Shown here piece by piece: positions 37,693-57,745 of a DNA stretch of 64,000 nt; position 1 is the stretch's first letter; every line of letters starts with the position of its first letter. Source of the DNA: Amoebidium appalachense. Taxonomy: Eukaryota; Protista; Ichthyosporea. The DNA lies in assembly GCA_963693365.1 (NCBI GenBank), contig CAVNZM010000016.1, positions 7,175,029 through 7,239,028 on the forward strand, given 5' to 3'. Under the pieces are notes generated by a model. That model searched no databases, was not told where the DNA came from, and saw nothing but the letters and a program-made list of their open reading frames with translations. The position numbers and the translations under genes are program-made.

Positions 37693-39238
37693 TGTGTGTA
37701 TGTGTGTATGTGTGTGTGTGTGTGTGTGTGTTTTGGGGGGAGAGGGGAAAGTTATCCGGGATGTAGCTCAATATCATCTCGTTTTCTACATATGCATCTT
37801 GTCGGGTGGAAGTCGTTTCGCTTTGAGGTCAGCACCTCATCCCTGCATGTACAAATATAGACAACACATCCAAGCTCTAACCAAAAGGCAGGCCCCCACC
37901 TAAACCCACATTGCACGGGTAGACTGCACACTGCATTCCACCGCCTGTTTTCAACCAATCACATTCATCCGATTGACGTAAACACATTCTTTCGCAACTG
38001 CACCCAAGCCCTACTTCAGGATGTAAATGTTTCTGCCCAAACAACTTTGCGCACGACTGTGATCATCATCCACAAGTTCAAAAAAAAAAAAATAAGAATG
38101 AGTTCTATCGGACTGGGGCACAAAAATGAGCACCAATATTTTGTGATATTGGTGCCGACTTGATCTGCCATTCAAAGTGCTTTTACCCACTGCATGTGTG
38201 GCGATATCTTTTTTAACTAAGGCGTTGACATATCGATAAATGTATGTGAACCTGTGTGTGTGGGTGTTGTGTGTTTTGTTTGTGTTTGTGTGTCACAGTC
38301 TGCAGGGGGTGTGCATGTGTGTGTGTTCGTGCGTGCAGCAAGTTGTGTGTTTGTGTGTGTGCGTGTGTGTGTGTGTGTGCGCGCGCGCGGGCACACACAC
38401 ACGTGCGCATGTGTGAGTGCGTGTGTGCATGCTTGTGTGTGCACGTGTGCGTGTTGGCGCGCGCACGTGCGTGCGTGTGTACATGTGTGCGTACGTGTGT
38501 GCATGTTTGCCCTGAGTGCATGTGTGTGTGTACGTGTGTACGTGTGTGTGTCTGTGTGCCTCGATATATAATGAGTGACACTGTGTGCACATATATGCGT
38601 TCATTTGCCGCAAAAGTTTTGCCAGCATGCAAGTCAGCAACCAATATTAAGGTGTCTGGGTATATATGTATTTATGACCATCATGCATGCATGCACATGG
38701 GCTAGAACATGGGCACGTGTGTATACTGAGACGGTGTGGTTGACGTGTGCAGCCTAAAAACACGATGTGCAGCGGCCCCAATCCCACATTTTGTACATGC
38801 ACGTGCTAAGTTTGAACAAAAACAAACACAAACTCCCCCCCTCCCCCTTCCTGAGGCTCGCCCCCTCCCCCTCCACGCCCCCCCCCCTTCCCCCCTCCCC
38901 CCAGCCCCCTTTTACCCCTTATGATCAGAGCCCCCTCCAAGGCCACCTTCCCCAATAAGTCCAGTAGAACTTAACCCCCTCCCCCCCACCTTTCCTCGAT
39001 CCCCAACACTGCAACCAAATCAATCCGACAAAAGGCTTAACCCCCCATTCCCCCCCCCCCCCCCCCCCCTCCCCCCCCCCCCCCTCCCTCCCCCCCCCCC
39101 CCCCCCCCTCCCTTCCCCTCCCCAGCCCCTCCCTCCCCCTTACCCCCCGGGGCCCCCTCTCCCATACGTACACAGACTGGGCAGATAGGTGCATATGAAC
39201 ACTGAGTCACAGCCCCTCTTCCCCCCATGCCCTTCCCC

Positions 39239-39287
<49 letters not shown>

Positions 39288-39687
39288 CCCATCCCAGGAC
39301 TCTCCGGGACAGATCCACACACATGCCTTCATGCACACGCAGTGACCCCACTGCATTGAAAAGGCACCAAAGCACATCCTGACAACAATCCACACCGCCC
39401 ACATGGCCACCATCGGGCACACGTACATGCACAATCCATTAACCCAGCCACCCAAATGAACGCAAATGCATATATACTATATGCTCCAGGAATCTGCATC
39501 TCAGCCACCAAGTGCACGGATTCTACTACAGGCATGCGCCAACCCTCTCCCACGCACCCACCTATCCCTTCCCCCCCCCCCCTCCCCCCCCCCCCCCCCC
39601 CCCTTCTCCCCCCCCCCCCCCCCCCCCCCTTCAAGGAGGCTCATTAATACCACAACCTACCACGGCAACCGGCCCTTCGCATCCACC

Positions 39688-39727
<40 letters not shown>

Positions 39728-40088
39728 TCAAATTCAAAAACAAATCCGTATACGTACGTCGTGCAATACCGTGGCACCACGACTTTACAACTTGTGGGAT
39801 CCTGATTTTGAAACGGGGAGGACGCTAGCTAGCAACTTTATTGGGGGGAGGGGGGGGGGGGAGGACCCACCACCCCCTGGGGAAGAAGGTGGGGGGAGGG
39901 GGGAGGGGGGAACCACCCACCCCATAGGCTGCCATCATGTGACTAGATCAGATAATCTGATCACAAAATACTATCAGCAGCAGTTTACATAGATTACCAA
40001 AACATAACATTGAGGCTAACCAATAGGATTCCTTGATCACGTGAAACTCAGGGTATATACCGTACGCCGTACGGTCAATCGTCGGTCA

Positions 40089-40148
<60 letters not shown>

Positions 40149-40217
40149 TTCCCACCCGTTCGTGCCGGGTGGGAAGTGTGTGTGTGTGTGTGGTGTGTGT
40201 GTGTGTGTGTGTGTGTG

Positions 40218-40311
<94 letters not shown>

Positions 40312-40536
40312 GGGGAGATAAATATGCGTGATCAGTGGGTAAAACGAAGGCAATTGCTCCAAAAGAAAAAAAAACAACAAGTAACGATCACCGCAATTGG
40401 TGGGTGGAAAAGACCATGATCACGCACATGGGGGGGAGGGGGGGGGAGGAACCCACCCAACCATGCGGCTACCTTGGGGAGGGGGGTACCACCAGGGGTA
40501 TTTACTACTCCCCCCTCCCCCCCCCCCCCCCCCCCC

Positions 40537-40567
<31 letters not shown>

Positions 40568-40698
40568 TTCAAATTCAAAAATCCCCTAGCTGGCATGCAC
40601 TGTGCGGACAGGCGGAAGAGGGCAATGTCTGTGGCCGGGCAGGGACTTCTTCAGTTGCACATTGAATTTCAGCAAAAACACGTGCGTTTGCAATAGTT

Positions 40699-40789
40699 AT
40701 GGACAGGTGGGCAATATGGGACAGCTGGGTTGCAGCGTGCATGCGCGCTAATGTACAACCCAGCTGTCCCACATTGCCCACCTGTCCAT
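40699..40789. other. Long inverted repeat (34-bp arms, 23-nt loop)
   Basis: ATGGACAGGTGGGCAATATGGGACAGCTGGGTTG (40699-40732) / CAACCCAGCTGTCCCACATTGCCCACCTGTCCAT (40756-40789), one mismatch. Confidence 0.9.
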
Positions 40790-41584
40790 GTGTAATTATT
40801 GCTATAGGGGCCTTACACTGCACGGCATGTGCACATGCGATGCATTGTTTCCTCCGACCCTAAATTCCTAATATTCCAAGAGGCCGTAGAGTAAGAGTAG
40901 AGACGAGAAGAGAGAAAATAACTCCAGGTACTTCCTAGCTACTACAAAAGAAGTAAGAATACGTGCCCGTTGTGTGCTCAACGCCACACGTCGTCAACTT
41001 TTGAAACTTGCACATGAACAGCCATAACAACTGCATTAGGTACATGATTGTGGAGAGGTGCCAACGACATTGTCACTAAGGCATGGTCCGAAATCAATGC
41101 GTATGCTCATGTAATGTGCACGTGTATGCGCGCGTGTGTGTGTGTGTGGGGTGGGGAGGCTTTCAGTGCACATCAATGCAGAATGCAGCCATTTATTTGG
41201 CACCATCCATCATGGCCACCCACCGGGCAGGGACCTACCTCCTGCACCATGCGGTTATGTGGCCCCATATGGCCTCATACGTTACAGTTATTGGCTGCCT
41301 GTCACGGGTCACATGACCGCTGGCCAACCGCATTTCATTACTTCTCACTACTAGCAACTAGCGACCATGCGCCCTCGACCAGCGTGCTAAATTTTAAACC
41401 ACCAATCGATAATCTAAAGCAGGTGTGTGTGCAATCAAACTCTATACATACGCGAGTATATCCCAGCTCGTCACAAACAAATTTTTTTATACTTCATACT
41501 GCAAATTAATTACTCGAAAGTATGGGATTCGTCTGTACATTTATGCTGTATGCCACATGTTCGCCACGTGTGTTCTCGAACCTT

Positions 41585-47586
<6,002 letters not shown>

Positions 47587-48983
47587 AGTTGAAAAAACAG
47601 GACACAGGGGGAAGGGGAGAGTGGGTGTGTGCCTGTGAGTGACAAAACTGAAAGTGAGAAAAGAGGGGACACGGTTTTGGGGATGCACTGGGTGTACCAG
47701 TGCCTGTACTAAATCACCCTATCCAAAATCCCTTGGGTGTTTATATCAAAATTTCAATCTCAAGAATTTGTTGGGTATTACCCTACTCAAGTTACTGAAA
47801 ACTTTGAAAAGGTATAAGAGCGTGTAAGATTTGCACACAAATACGTCGAGTATATCGAAAAAAGTATGTTAAATTGCACGTTATAGATAGTGAGCTAACT
47901 CTTGAGTATGGATTGAGCCTAGCGCTGTTGCGCCGTAGCTGTATAGCATTCGTTTGTACATGTTCGAATTCACTGATATGCGCATGCATATATGCATGAT
48001 TAATATTACTAGAGTTTAGATACCATCTACAGTCAATAAAGCCTGCTGTAAGTTTTAACGGCATATATAGGAAATTACTTAAGTTGATGAGCTAACTCCC
48101 CTGTTCTGCTGTTATATCATGAAAGACAAAACGTTTAAACACAAGCAATGAGTTAGAGGATGGCGCGCAGCCTCGGCCCAAAGTTAGCTGAACAATGAAA
48201 ATGATGATTTGATGGAGTTGGTGCCCCCTCCCAACCTCACGGGGTGCGTAAAGGCCGCCTGCGCGGTATGATCGTGCCCTTCATGTTGATTGGCTAGCCT
48301 GCCGCTAAGCGCTTTGTTGAGGAATGCATCATCATATGCGTCAAATAAATATAATTGGTCAGCACACCTGCGAATGGCGCATGCGTATATGCAAATATTG
48401 GCTTCCTAGTCTACGCACCACCCAAGAATAATATTACCATATATAGCTTTACTATTATTTTGTTGATTGGTAGAACCATTTCCGCCTCAGTTGATGACGT
48501 CAACTTGTGGGAAACTTTCTGGAAGCTTCCGTCGCCTTCGAGCGGATTCCGTGAGAGTGCCTGTCCGTACGCGTGTGTGTGTGTGCACGTGTGTAAATTA
48601 TTGAATGGATAAAAACAGAAAGATCTGTTTGGCAATGGTATATCTTTTACAGAGACTATTTCAGAGGGGACACTGCATGACAACACACACCGCGCTCCCG
48701 CTACTTATGATAACTTACACTTGAAACAACCAATGACTCAAAGCCGGAACCCCAACCTCACGCAGACATGAATGACAAGAAACATAGGTATACACACAAC
48801 ACAATAAAAACAAACACCCATACAGCCCTGGGGGCAGTAACAGGAGCAGCAGCAACAAGATGCACCCCCATGCAATGAAACACGCGCACACGCACTGGCA
48901 GGCGCACAGACACTCGAGCCCACAGGCACGAATGAACACCCCGCATGATGCTGCAAAAAGAAGCACAGGGGCGTCAGTATAAC

Positions 48984-49023
48984 CCAAGGCCTCCTAAATA
49001 GCACACCATTTAGGAGGCCTTGG
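48984..49023. other. Perfect 16-bp inverted repeat
   Basis: CCAAGGCCTCCTAAAT-agcacacc-ATTTAGGAGGCCTTGG. Confidence 0.85.
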
Positions 49024-49097
49024 TACAACCACACAGCCTGTCGTGACCAGTAATTAGCCATAAAAAGGTTGAAGACGGACTTGCTATTTGCTTACGT

Positions 49098-49128
<31 letters not shown>

Positions 49129-49581
49129 CCCTTGCCCCCTCTCAAGATGCGCACACAAAGAGAGAGTGAGAGAGAGAGAAAAAGATACACACAAAGATTC
49201 ACACACCCTTGCTACCCAAACGTGCCCACAGGGTGTCGATGTAGAGTAAAGTCTGTTAACCCCTTTTGTCTGGCAGCTCCTATCATGGTACACGTCTTGC
49301 CTGCCTGAGTAACCTATAGTATATATAAGTTACATTGAACTCTCAAGGGTTAAAACCACTTCCTTCTCTTCTTCGATGCCTTTAACACCCAAAAACGATA
49401 TATTAATGCATAAACTATACTTAGCTGTTAAGTTTACTGCCCGTGTGCCTGCCCCCCCCCCCCCCCCCCCCCCCCCCACCCACCCGTACCGTGTCTCTGC
49501 CCTCTCTCACTGTTGTGTCTACACACGCGCGCTCGCACACACACACACACACACACACTCTGTCTCTCTCTCTCCCTCTTT

Positions 49582-49621
<40 letters not shown>

Positions 49622-49947
49622 CCCCAGCCCCCCCCCCCCCCCCCCCCCCTCCCCTCCCTCCCTCCCCATCGTCTCTGTCGCTCTCTCTCCCTCCCTGCCT
49701 CCCTCTCTCTGTCTTGCTCTCCATATCTCTCCTCCCCGTCCACCCTCACCCCCCTCTCTCTGCCTCCTTGCTCTTTCTCCGTATCCCCTTCCCCACTATA
49801 TTTCTATATTGGTTTCCTCACCCCAGCACCCTTCCCTATCTTCCATCCCGTCTACCCTCCCCCCCCCCCCCCCCCGGCCCCCCCTGCCCGCCCCGGCCCC
49901 CCCCCCCCCCCCCCGGAACACACACACACACACCACCACCACCACCA

Positions 49948-49991
<44 letters not shown>

Positions 49992-50332
49992 GGAAAAAGA
50001 AAGAAAGAGGAAAGGAAAGGATAATAAACCTTTGAGACGGTAAATAATAATAATAATAATAATAATAATGCTTTAAGAAAAGATAAGCTGCAAGCTTACA
50101 CACGACAAGCACACATACATAAGGTCTCCTTTTCCTGCTCAATAAAAGTGGAGTCCCCTCCCGCAATCACACCCTTCCAGCGCCCCTCACATGCTCAGGT
50201 TGTTGTATGTACACCCCCAGTATTTGAACTTACTGGACTCCAGTGTGCATAAACTTTGCTTGACTGCACCTGTTCATGCATGCAACGATTGTCCAGTGTA
50301 ATTGCAGTACTTCACGTCACTTGATACAAACG

Positions 50333-50390
50333 AGTTCGAACCAAGGCCTCCCATAAGTAAACACTTACTTATAAGGTCTTGGTTCGAACT
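50333..50390. other. Interrupted inverted repeat related to 48984-49023
   Basis: AGTTCGAACCAAGGCCT-ccc-ATAAGTAA-acac-TTACTTAT-a-AGGTCTTGGTTCGAACT. Confidence 0.8.
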
Positions 50391-50499
50391 TGAAATGAAC
50401 ATTAATATGGTAATGGGCCCGTACCGGTGCATGTGGCTGCCTGAGCTGCCCCCCCCCCCCCCCCCCCCCGGCCCCCTCCCCCCTCCCCCCCCCCCCCCT

Positions 50500-51210
<711 letters not shown>

Positions 51211-51294
51211 CCCCCCTTGCAATTGTGGCCGGACGCTCATACACGCTCATTTGGGCTTTGAGGGGCCCCGGGTTGGGAAAGGGGGAGAGAAGGG

Positions 51295-51331
<37 letters not shown>

Positions 51332-52579
51332 AGTGGGGGGAGGGGGTGGCTTGGGAGAGGCCCGGGAGCCTCGAGGCCTATTCAATGGGGGGGCCGGCGG
51401 CCAGAGACGGGCCTACAGTAGGGCCCCCGGGGTGCGCACCATTCTTGCGCATGCGACCGTCACGGGGGCCTCGGATTGTCGGACGGGCGCCGGCAGAGCT
51501 TGTTATTTTTAGCTTTCCCTCTAGATCTGGTTGCAACCTACCGAAGCATTACCCAAAAATCGCGTGCTCAGTGCCGGAAGGCTAAAACGGCCTATTATAT
51601 TAAATAGGCGATTTGATTGTTTGGTCTCCTTGCTGTAGACCAGGTTCGAAATACTAGAAAATACTTGTACCAGGAGCTTCATTTACTGCAACAACGGAGA
51701 ACTAATATCAATACAGCAGTCACATATTTATTCTAAAATACTTGGATACCGATTCACTGAATTTATAGGTAGAAGTGAAATATGCGGGAAACATCAAAGA
51801 CCCCCTCTCATCAGTATCGAAAGCACATTCGTGGTATCGGGGGAAACCAAACACAAACAGCGACCAATAAAACGCCACTGCGATTTGTGTGGGAAGCAAA
51901 TGTGATTGGCCAAAAAAAAGCTCACAGGGTTGTACACCCTTCTTATAATCCGCCAGGCCTTACTCATTCTATTGATGTTTTTGCCGTGTTGCATGCCGGG
52001 AAAAGTCCTGATCAAAAACCGCAGCTTTTAGTTTTTTAAAATAGATATATATGATATGTGAATGACCAATGTATAAATAATAGCTCTAGCTCCACCTTGA
52101 TCCTCTTTTTTTAGTGGTCTGTTACCACTAACGACTTGTCCCACTCGATCGGGCAATCATTTCAAACCCGGTCTGTACGTGACTGGACAGATGACAAAAC
52201 TCGCGCTGAACTTCTGCTTGAGTTCAGAACTTCAGAGCTGAGAGGGAAAAATACCTTTGAAGCAGGCAGTTTTTAATTTCTTGAATATGCATGTGTGGGA
52301 CTCGGTGTTAATAATCTGCCCGGTGTAGAGTATCGCAATATAGTAGTAGAGTTACTCGATAGTTTCAGTAGTACAACATACACACGCAATCGAACGCACC
52401 CAGAACCTAGTTAGGACAAAGCTTCCTTTTTCTCTCATTTTCAACTGTAGATCTTGTCCTGAAGGCCACGGTCGGGGACAGTGCGCTCGTATTTGAGATT
52501 CCCCACATCCACACGCGTAGAGGTATATTTTCGTTTCTTCTTTGTCGTTCAGTGCTTAGCAGCACAGATAAGTGTAAAC

Positions 52580-54829
52580 ATGCGCACGTTCTGCACTCTG
52601 CTGGGCCTTTGCCTAGCAAGTGTTCCTTCCCTTTGCGCCCCCACGCAAGTACGACACATACGCGCACCCGCAGTAGCCCCACCACCACCACCACAAGAAG
52701 CCACAGACACGCACTATAACATGACCTGGAACGTGCTAGTTCTTTCCACGGAGGAGTCAGAACTGGTGGTGCCAAGTCGAATGTTCCAAGCATACGGCCA
52801 GCCCTACACGGCCGTGCAACTCGTGAATGTCACCGCCAAGAGCGTTCTGGAGAAGGAGACGGAAATCGTGTCCCGGTTGGTGGATGAGTGGGGCCACCCG
52901 CAGTATGCGGCAGTGGTTCTGACCAGTGCGCAGCTGTCATATGAAAATGCCGCCGGCGAGTGGGTGTCTGCACTGAGTGATGATCAATGGGCCAAGTTGC
53001 GCGAGTACTGCGCAAAGTATAAAGTGCGCATGGTGATGCTCACGTCCTTCCCGGGGGTGGATGAAAGTTTGGCTGCTGCAGACGGCATAGACGGTACGGA
53101 CGCTGACGCGCGTATCACGTTTGTTGACAGTCCGTTTACCGATTCGATTATCGGCATGGTTAAGAAGGGCGCCGAGTTTAAGATGGGGAACATCAGCGAG
53201 TTTATCAGGACGGCCTACTGGTACTACCCCACCATTGTGCCGGCCGATGCGCCCCACATCAAGCCGTTTATGTACATCAACCCCGTCAACCCCCTTCCCA
53301 ACCCCGAGTGCCCAACCCCTCCCCCGCCTGCCAACACCGCTAACAGCCAGAACGGGACAATCCCGTTGCGGTCTCTCACTCTCCAAAACAACGTCACGGA
53401 CGGTGCATGCAAACCATACCTCCCCATGCCACGCAACTGGCTGGGTGCGTTTGTGCGTGAGGTAGATGGTTTGGAGGAGATGCATTTTCTGTTTGACAGC
53501 AACGAGTACTGCCACCACGGTTATGCCCTTACGGATTTGTGGCTGCCCTGGGCCCTGCGTGGTGTCTTTGTGGGCCAACGCCGCCTCCTCTTTGACACCC
53601 AGGTGGATGACGTGTTCCTCAACACGGCCACATACAACGCGGCACAGGATCGCGGTGCAAAAGGTGGTGATGACCACGGCTACCGCATCACCTCGTCCGA
53701 TCTCACGTTGCACCTCTACTACCAGCGCAGGCTCAATAGTGTGCTCCCCCAGGGGTCGCGGTATGTCACGCAGCTGGCGTTCAACGGCAAGGGGTGGGTG
53801 CTAGCCGAACAGGCACCAGACACTGCAAACACACTCGTCACGACGTACCGTGATGAGTTCTTCTGGATCACACACACGTGGTCACACCTGGACCTCTACT
53901 GTCCAGACAGCAACTGTGCGGGGCGGGGGTTCACAACATACGACATGGCCAATAGCGACATTGCCCAGAACGACGACTTCACGCGCCAAGTACTGTTTGC
54001 AGACCTGGGCGGCAACCAATCCTTGCTCGAGCAGTGGCCCACCCTCTCCATCCACTCCATCGTCACCCCGCGCATTTCCGGCCTCAATCTATCGGCTTCC
54101 ATCGAGGCTATGCTTGATAACAAGCATTTTGCAGCTGTTGGCGACAACTCACGTGTGGATCTGATGCCTGAGAACCCATACCACGGGTTCCCCAGCCACG
54201 TGCGGGATACCAAAAACCGCACGCTTTTCATCATCCCCCGGTTCCCCACGCAGATCTACTATGACAACTCGCTAGCCGACCAGAACGAGGCAGAGTTCAA
54301 CTCCATCTACGGCCCGCGGTGTTATGGGTTCAACCGCACCACGCCTGTTTCGTTTCCGTACAAGTGCAACGTTAACAGCACAAAGTACAAACGCAACCTC
54401 ACCATCAACGAGATAGTGGATATGGAGGCATTCAGCGTGGTGCCCTACCTGCTCACATACCGCCCAGACCCCTACATGTTCCATCAGGCAAACATGAGGT
54501 TTTTCCGTCACGACGGCCGCCCTCAGTCCCTTCTTTCCATTTGGATCGATAGCGTTTTGATGTGGGCTGTGTCCTATCGTGACGTACCTGTATGGACACT
54601 TCGTATGGACGATTTGCACCAATACTACCTCGATCGCATACAGAGGGACGTGTGTAACGTTAGTGCCAAGATTGAGTTTAAGGACGGTGTGGCTACATAT
54701 CTGCACGTGCGGGGGAATAGCACATGCAAGGCCAAGGTGACGCGGGATGTGGCGTCACCGATTGGTGCTGCTGCGATGATGGAGGAGGTGTATGGCCGTG
54801 ACAGGACGTGGACTGTTTCGATCAATAAT

Positions 54830-54881
<52 letters not shown>

Positions 54882-55327
54882 TGTGCGTCGGTGTTTGTGC
54901 CTGTGTGTGTGTGTGTATGTGTGTTCATGTTGGCCCCTGCAGGCATGTGGGTCCGCTCAGTGCGTTCCCCTAATTGCATTAATGATGTATGTATGTGTAG
55001 CCCCTGTGGACCTGTGGCCATTCAATCCCCGTCAATTTCCATGCGCCTGCGGTAGTGTTTGTATCATCTGGCAGGCATGTTTATGTTGTCCACCTCGTTG
55101 TTGTCTGGACCAAACTATACCAAACCATGGTATAAATTGCACCCGGCATCAATCATCAAAGCCCCCTCCCCTCCCCCCCCTCCCCCCCACTCTCATACGC
55201 GCACACACACACATGCCTGGCCGCACGCAAACAATCAGACACACATACGCGCGAATGCCTGCACGTACGCGCGCACACACACACACATACACACACACGT
55301 ACACACACACACATCGTTACACACATA

Positions 55328-55372
<45 letters not shown>

Positions 55373-55968
55373 CTTATCATAACTTATAACTAACCACCCA
55401 CCAATCCTCAGGCACCGTGAGTCTCCCACTTCGGGCCGACACCAACAACACCAAAACACCGCCGCTGCCCTATCCCCCTGTCCGTATCGCCGTGAGCCGT
55501 CAAAACACAAACATCACACTTGACGCATACGACGACACGGTTAAAGAACAAGCTGAAACCATGGTGGATGTGTTAAAGAGACACCTCGACCAGCAACTTG
55601 ACTTCATTTGGCCCCTTGCCGATCTACTTAAGGGGGCCGCGTGCAGAAGCAACGACACTGATGATGCCCTTAAGGACGGATGGCTGCGATTGGCTGAGAG
55701 GGGACAGAATGATTCGTTGGCCTTGATGACGGGGGCTGATTCGTGGCCTCGCATGGTTAATGACGTGGTGACTAAGAAGGCGTGGTTGCTTAAGGTGGGT
55801 GTGGTTTGCCTGTGGCGTGTGCCCCTGTACGTTGTAGTTCGTGTTTACTCAACGAGGTCAATATTAATGGTCACCGAGGGGAATGCAGAGGGAAGGGGGG
55901 AGGGAGGGTGGGAGGGGCCCCGGGGGAGAGGGGGGGGGGAGGAGGGTAGGGAAGGGGGAGGAGGGGGT

Positions 55969-56000
<32 letters not shown>

Positions 56001-56084
56001 GGTGGGCACGCAAAAGGTGGGAGAAGGGGAGAGAAGGGAGGGGGTTGGATGGGCTTATGGGTGTCACAGTGTGTGTGTGTGGGT

Positions 56085-56123
<39 letters not shown>

Positions 56124-56494
56124 GGGGAAGGGGGGCGGGGGAGCAGGGGAATCGTGGGGCAGGTGGGGGAGGGGGGAGGGGGGGGAAAGACCGAGAATAA
56201 AATAATGATATTAGGAACACCGAAGGCAGGGCACAGGTATTACCGCAACACATGCACCAAACACCCACCACGTCATAATCTGTGACATAATCTGACAGAC
56301 ATGCCCCCATGCAGGCACAAGCACAGGAGGTTCTTTCACCTTCCATGCAGCGCAATGCCAGCCTGCTGATCAACGAAGCACTCAGGTCACACCTGACTGA
56401 GCTGAGTTCTTACGGCACAGACACACTGGCAGCTAGGGCAGATGTACTCACACAGGCACAGGCACAGTACAATGCACTGCAGAGGTGTGGGTAG
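52580..56494 (+). CDS. Secreted Agd3-like (CE18) polysaccharide deacetylase with C-terminal extension
   Basis: Signal peptide MRTFCTLLGLCLASVPSLC. Exon 1 52580-54830 has QVDDVFL, ITHTWSH, IVTPRISGL, VGDNSR, PRFPTQIYY and DPYMFHQANMR, collinear with Agd3 motifs as I recall them (DD and HxxxH metal ligands). Exons 55412-55794 and 56315-~56494 continue in frame; the exact 3' end is uncertain. Confidence 0.8.
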
Positions 56495-56551
56495 AGATGT
56501 GTGGATGGGTGGAGAGTGTGTGGTGGGTGGGGTGGGGTGGTTGTGATACTT

Positions 56552-56649
56552 GTGCAAACACACCTGTTCACATGTAATTTTCGAAATCTTATTTATTAGA
56601 GTGCAAACACACCTGTTCACATGTAATTTTCGAAATCTTATTTATTAGA
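56552..56649. repeat. 49-bp direct tandem duplication
   Basis: GTGCAAACACACCTGTTCACATGTAATTTTCGAAATCTTATTTATTAGA twice. Confidence 0.85.
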
Positions 56650-57484
56650 TATGCCTTTTGCGTTGGCACACGGATGCACACACATTCGCGGGCACTCACA
56701 CAAGCGCGCCCACACTCACACATACACACACACACTAGCCCTTACACATGCACACTCCGGCACACGCTCACTAGCACACGTCACGGTGCGGGTATTAATA
56801 TAGTATTCACCCCCTTTGATTTAAACACTAGCTATAGTCCAATGGTATAGTCGACCTAACACACGTTGGCCTGACCACTAATAGCCATGGGTCTATATAT
56901 TATATACATGCAACATAACGGTTGCAACTTCCCGGATATTGTAATGATTTTTCTCCCCTTAGGCTAGCAAGTACAGTACCTTTAGACTAATTGTATTAGT
57001 CTGCTAGCTTGAGGGCGCGCGGCAGTATAGTGATTATGGGCATGAAGGTACATATTAAACAAGAAATTATCTTTGTGCTCTATCATATGGTCGGTGGCAG
57101 TGTTATTTGACATACATAACTATTTTTTTGGTTTGACCCGGTTGTGTATCAACGTGCTATATGTCAGTTTGCTTATGCATTTGAGGCGCAGGCCGCCCGG
57201 TGATATTCAACCCTTCACAAATACACTGCCCGATACAAGTGCATGATGCGGCACGGTGATCTAATGATCCATGCATCCCCCCCCCCCCTCCCCCCCCACC
57301 CCGCCCCCCCGCGCAACCCCACCCAACACACACAAACATGTACAGGCACACACACTGGGGCAGCGGCCTGCTAAATAATATAGTAATTACCGTAGACTAA
57401 CAAATATCACAACCTGCAGACACGCGTACACGTGTACACGAGTGCATGCATATCAAACACTTTCGCACACACGCGCGCGCATAC

Positions 57485-57544
<60 letters not shown>

Positions 57545-57745
57545 ACCCATAGACAAACCGGCAACCACACATGCACACACAAACCCGCGGCCGATACACG
57601 AACAAAATTGGCACCGTGTGTAATCGGCGATTTGATCCAAAGCGATTACGATTGAATCGGTAATGTTTTAAGGGATTTAGTTAGGCTACACCGGAAAAAG
57701 CGCTACTGTTTCCCCGTGCGCGTTACTCCACGACAGGCTTGAGAA

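Noticed and set aside
38130-38155. 10-bp perfect inverted repeat GCACCAATAT/ATATTGGTGC
   Set aside because: Isolated and short, with no related copies or TSD in the window.
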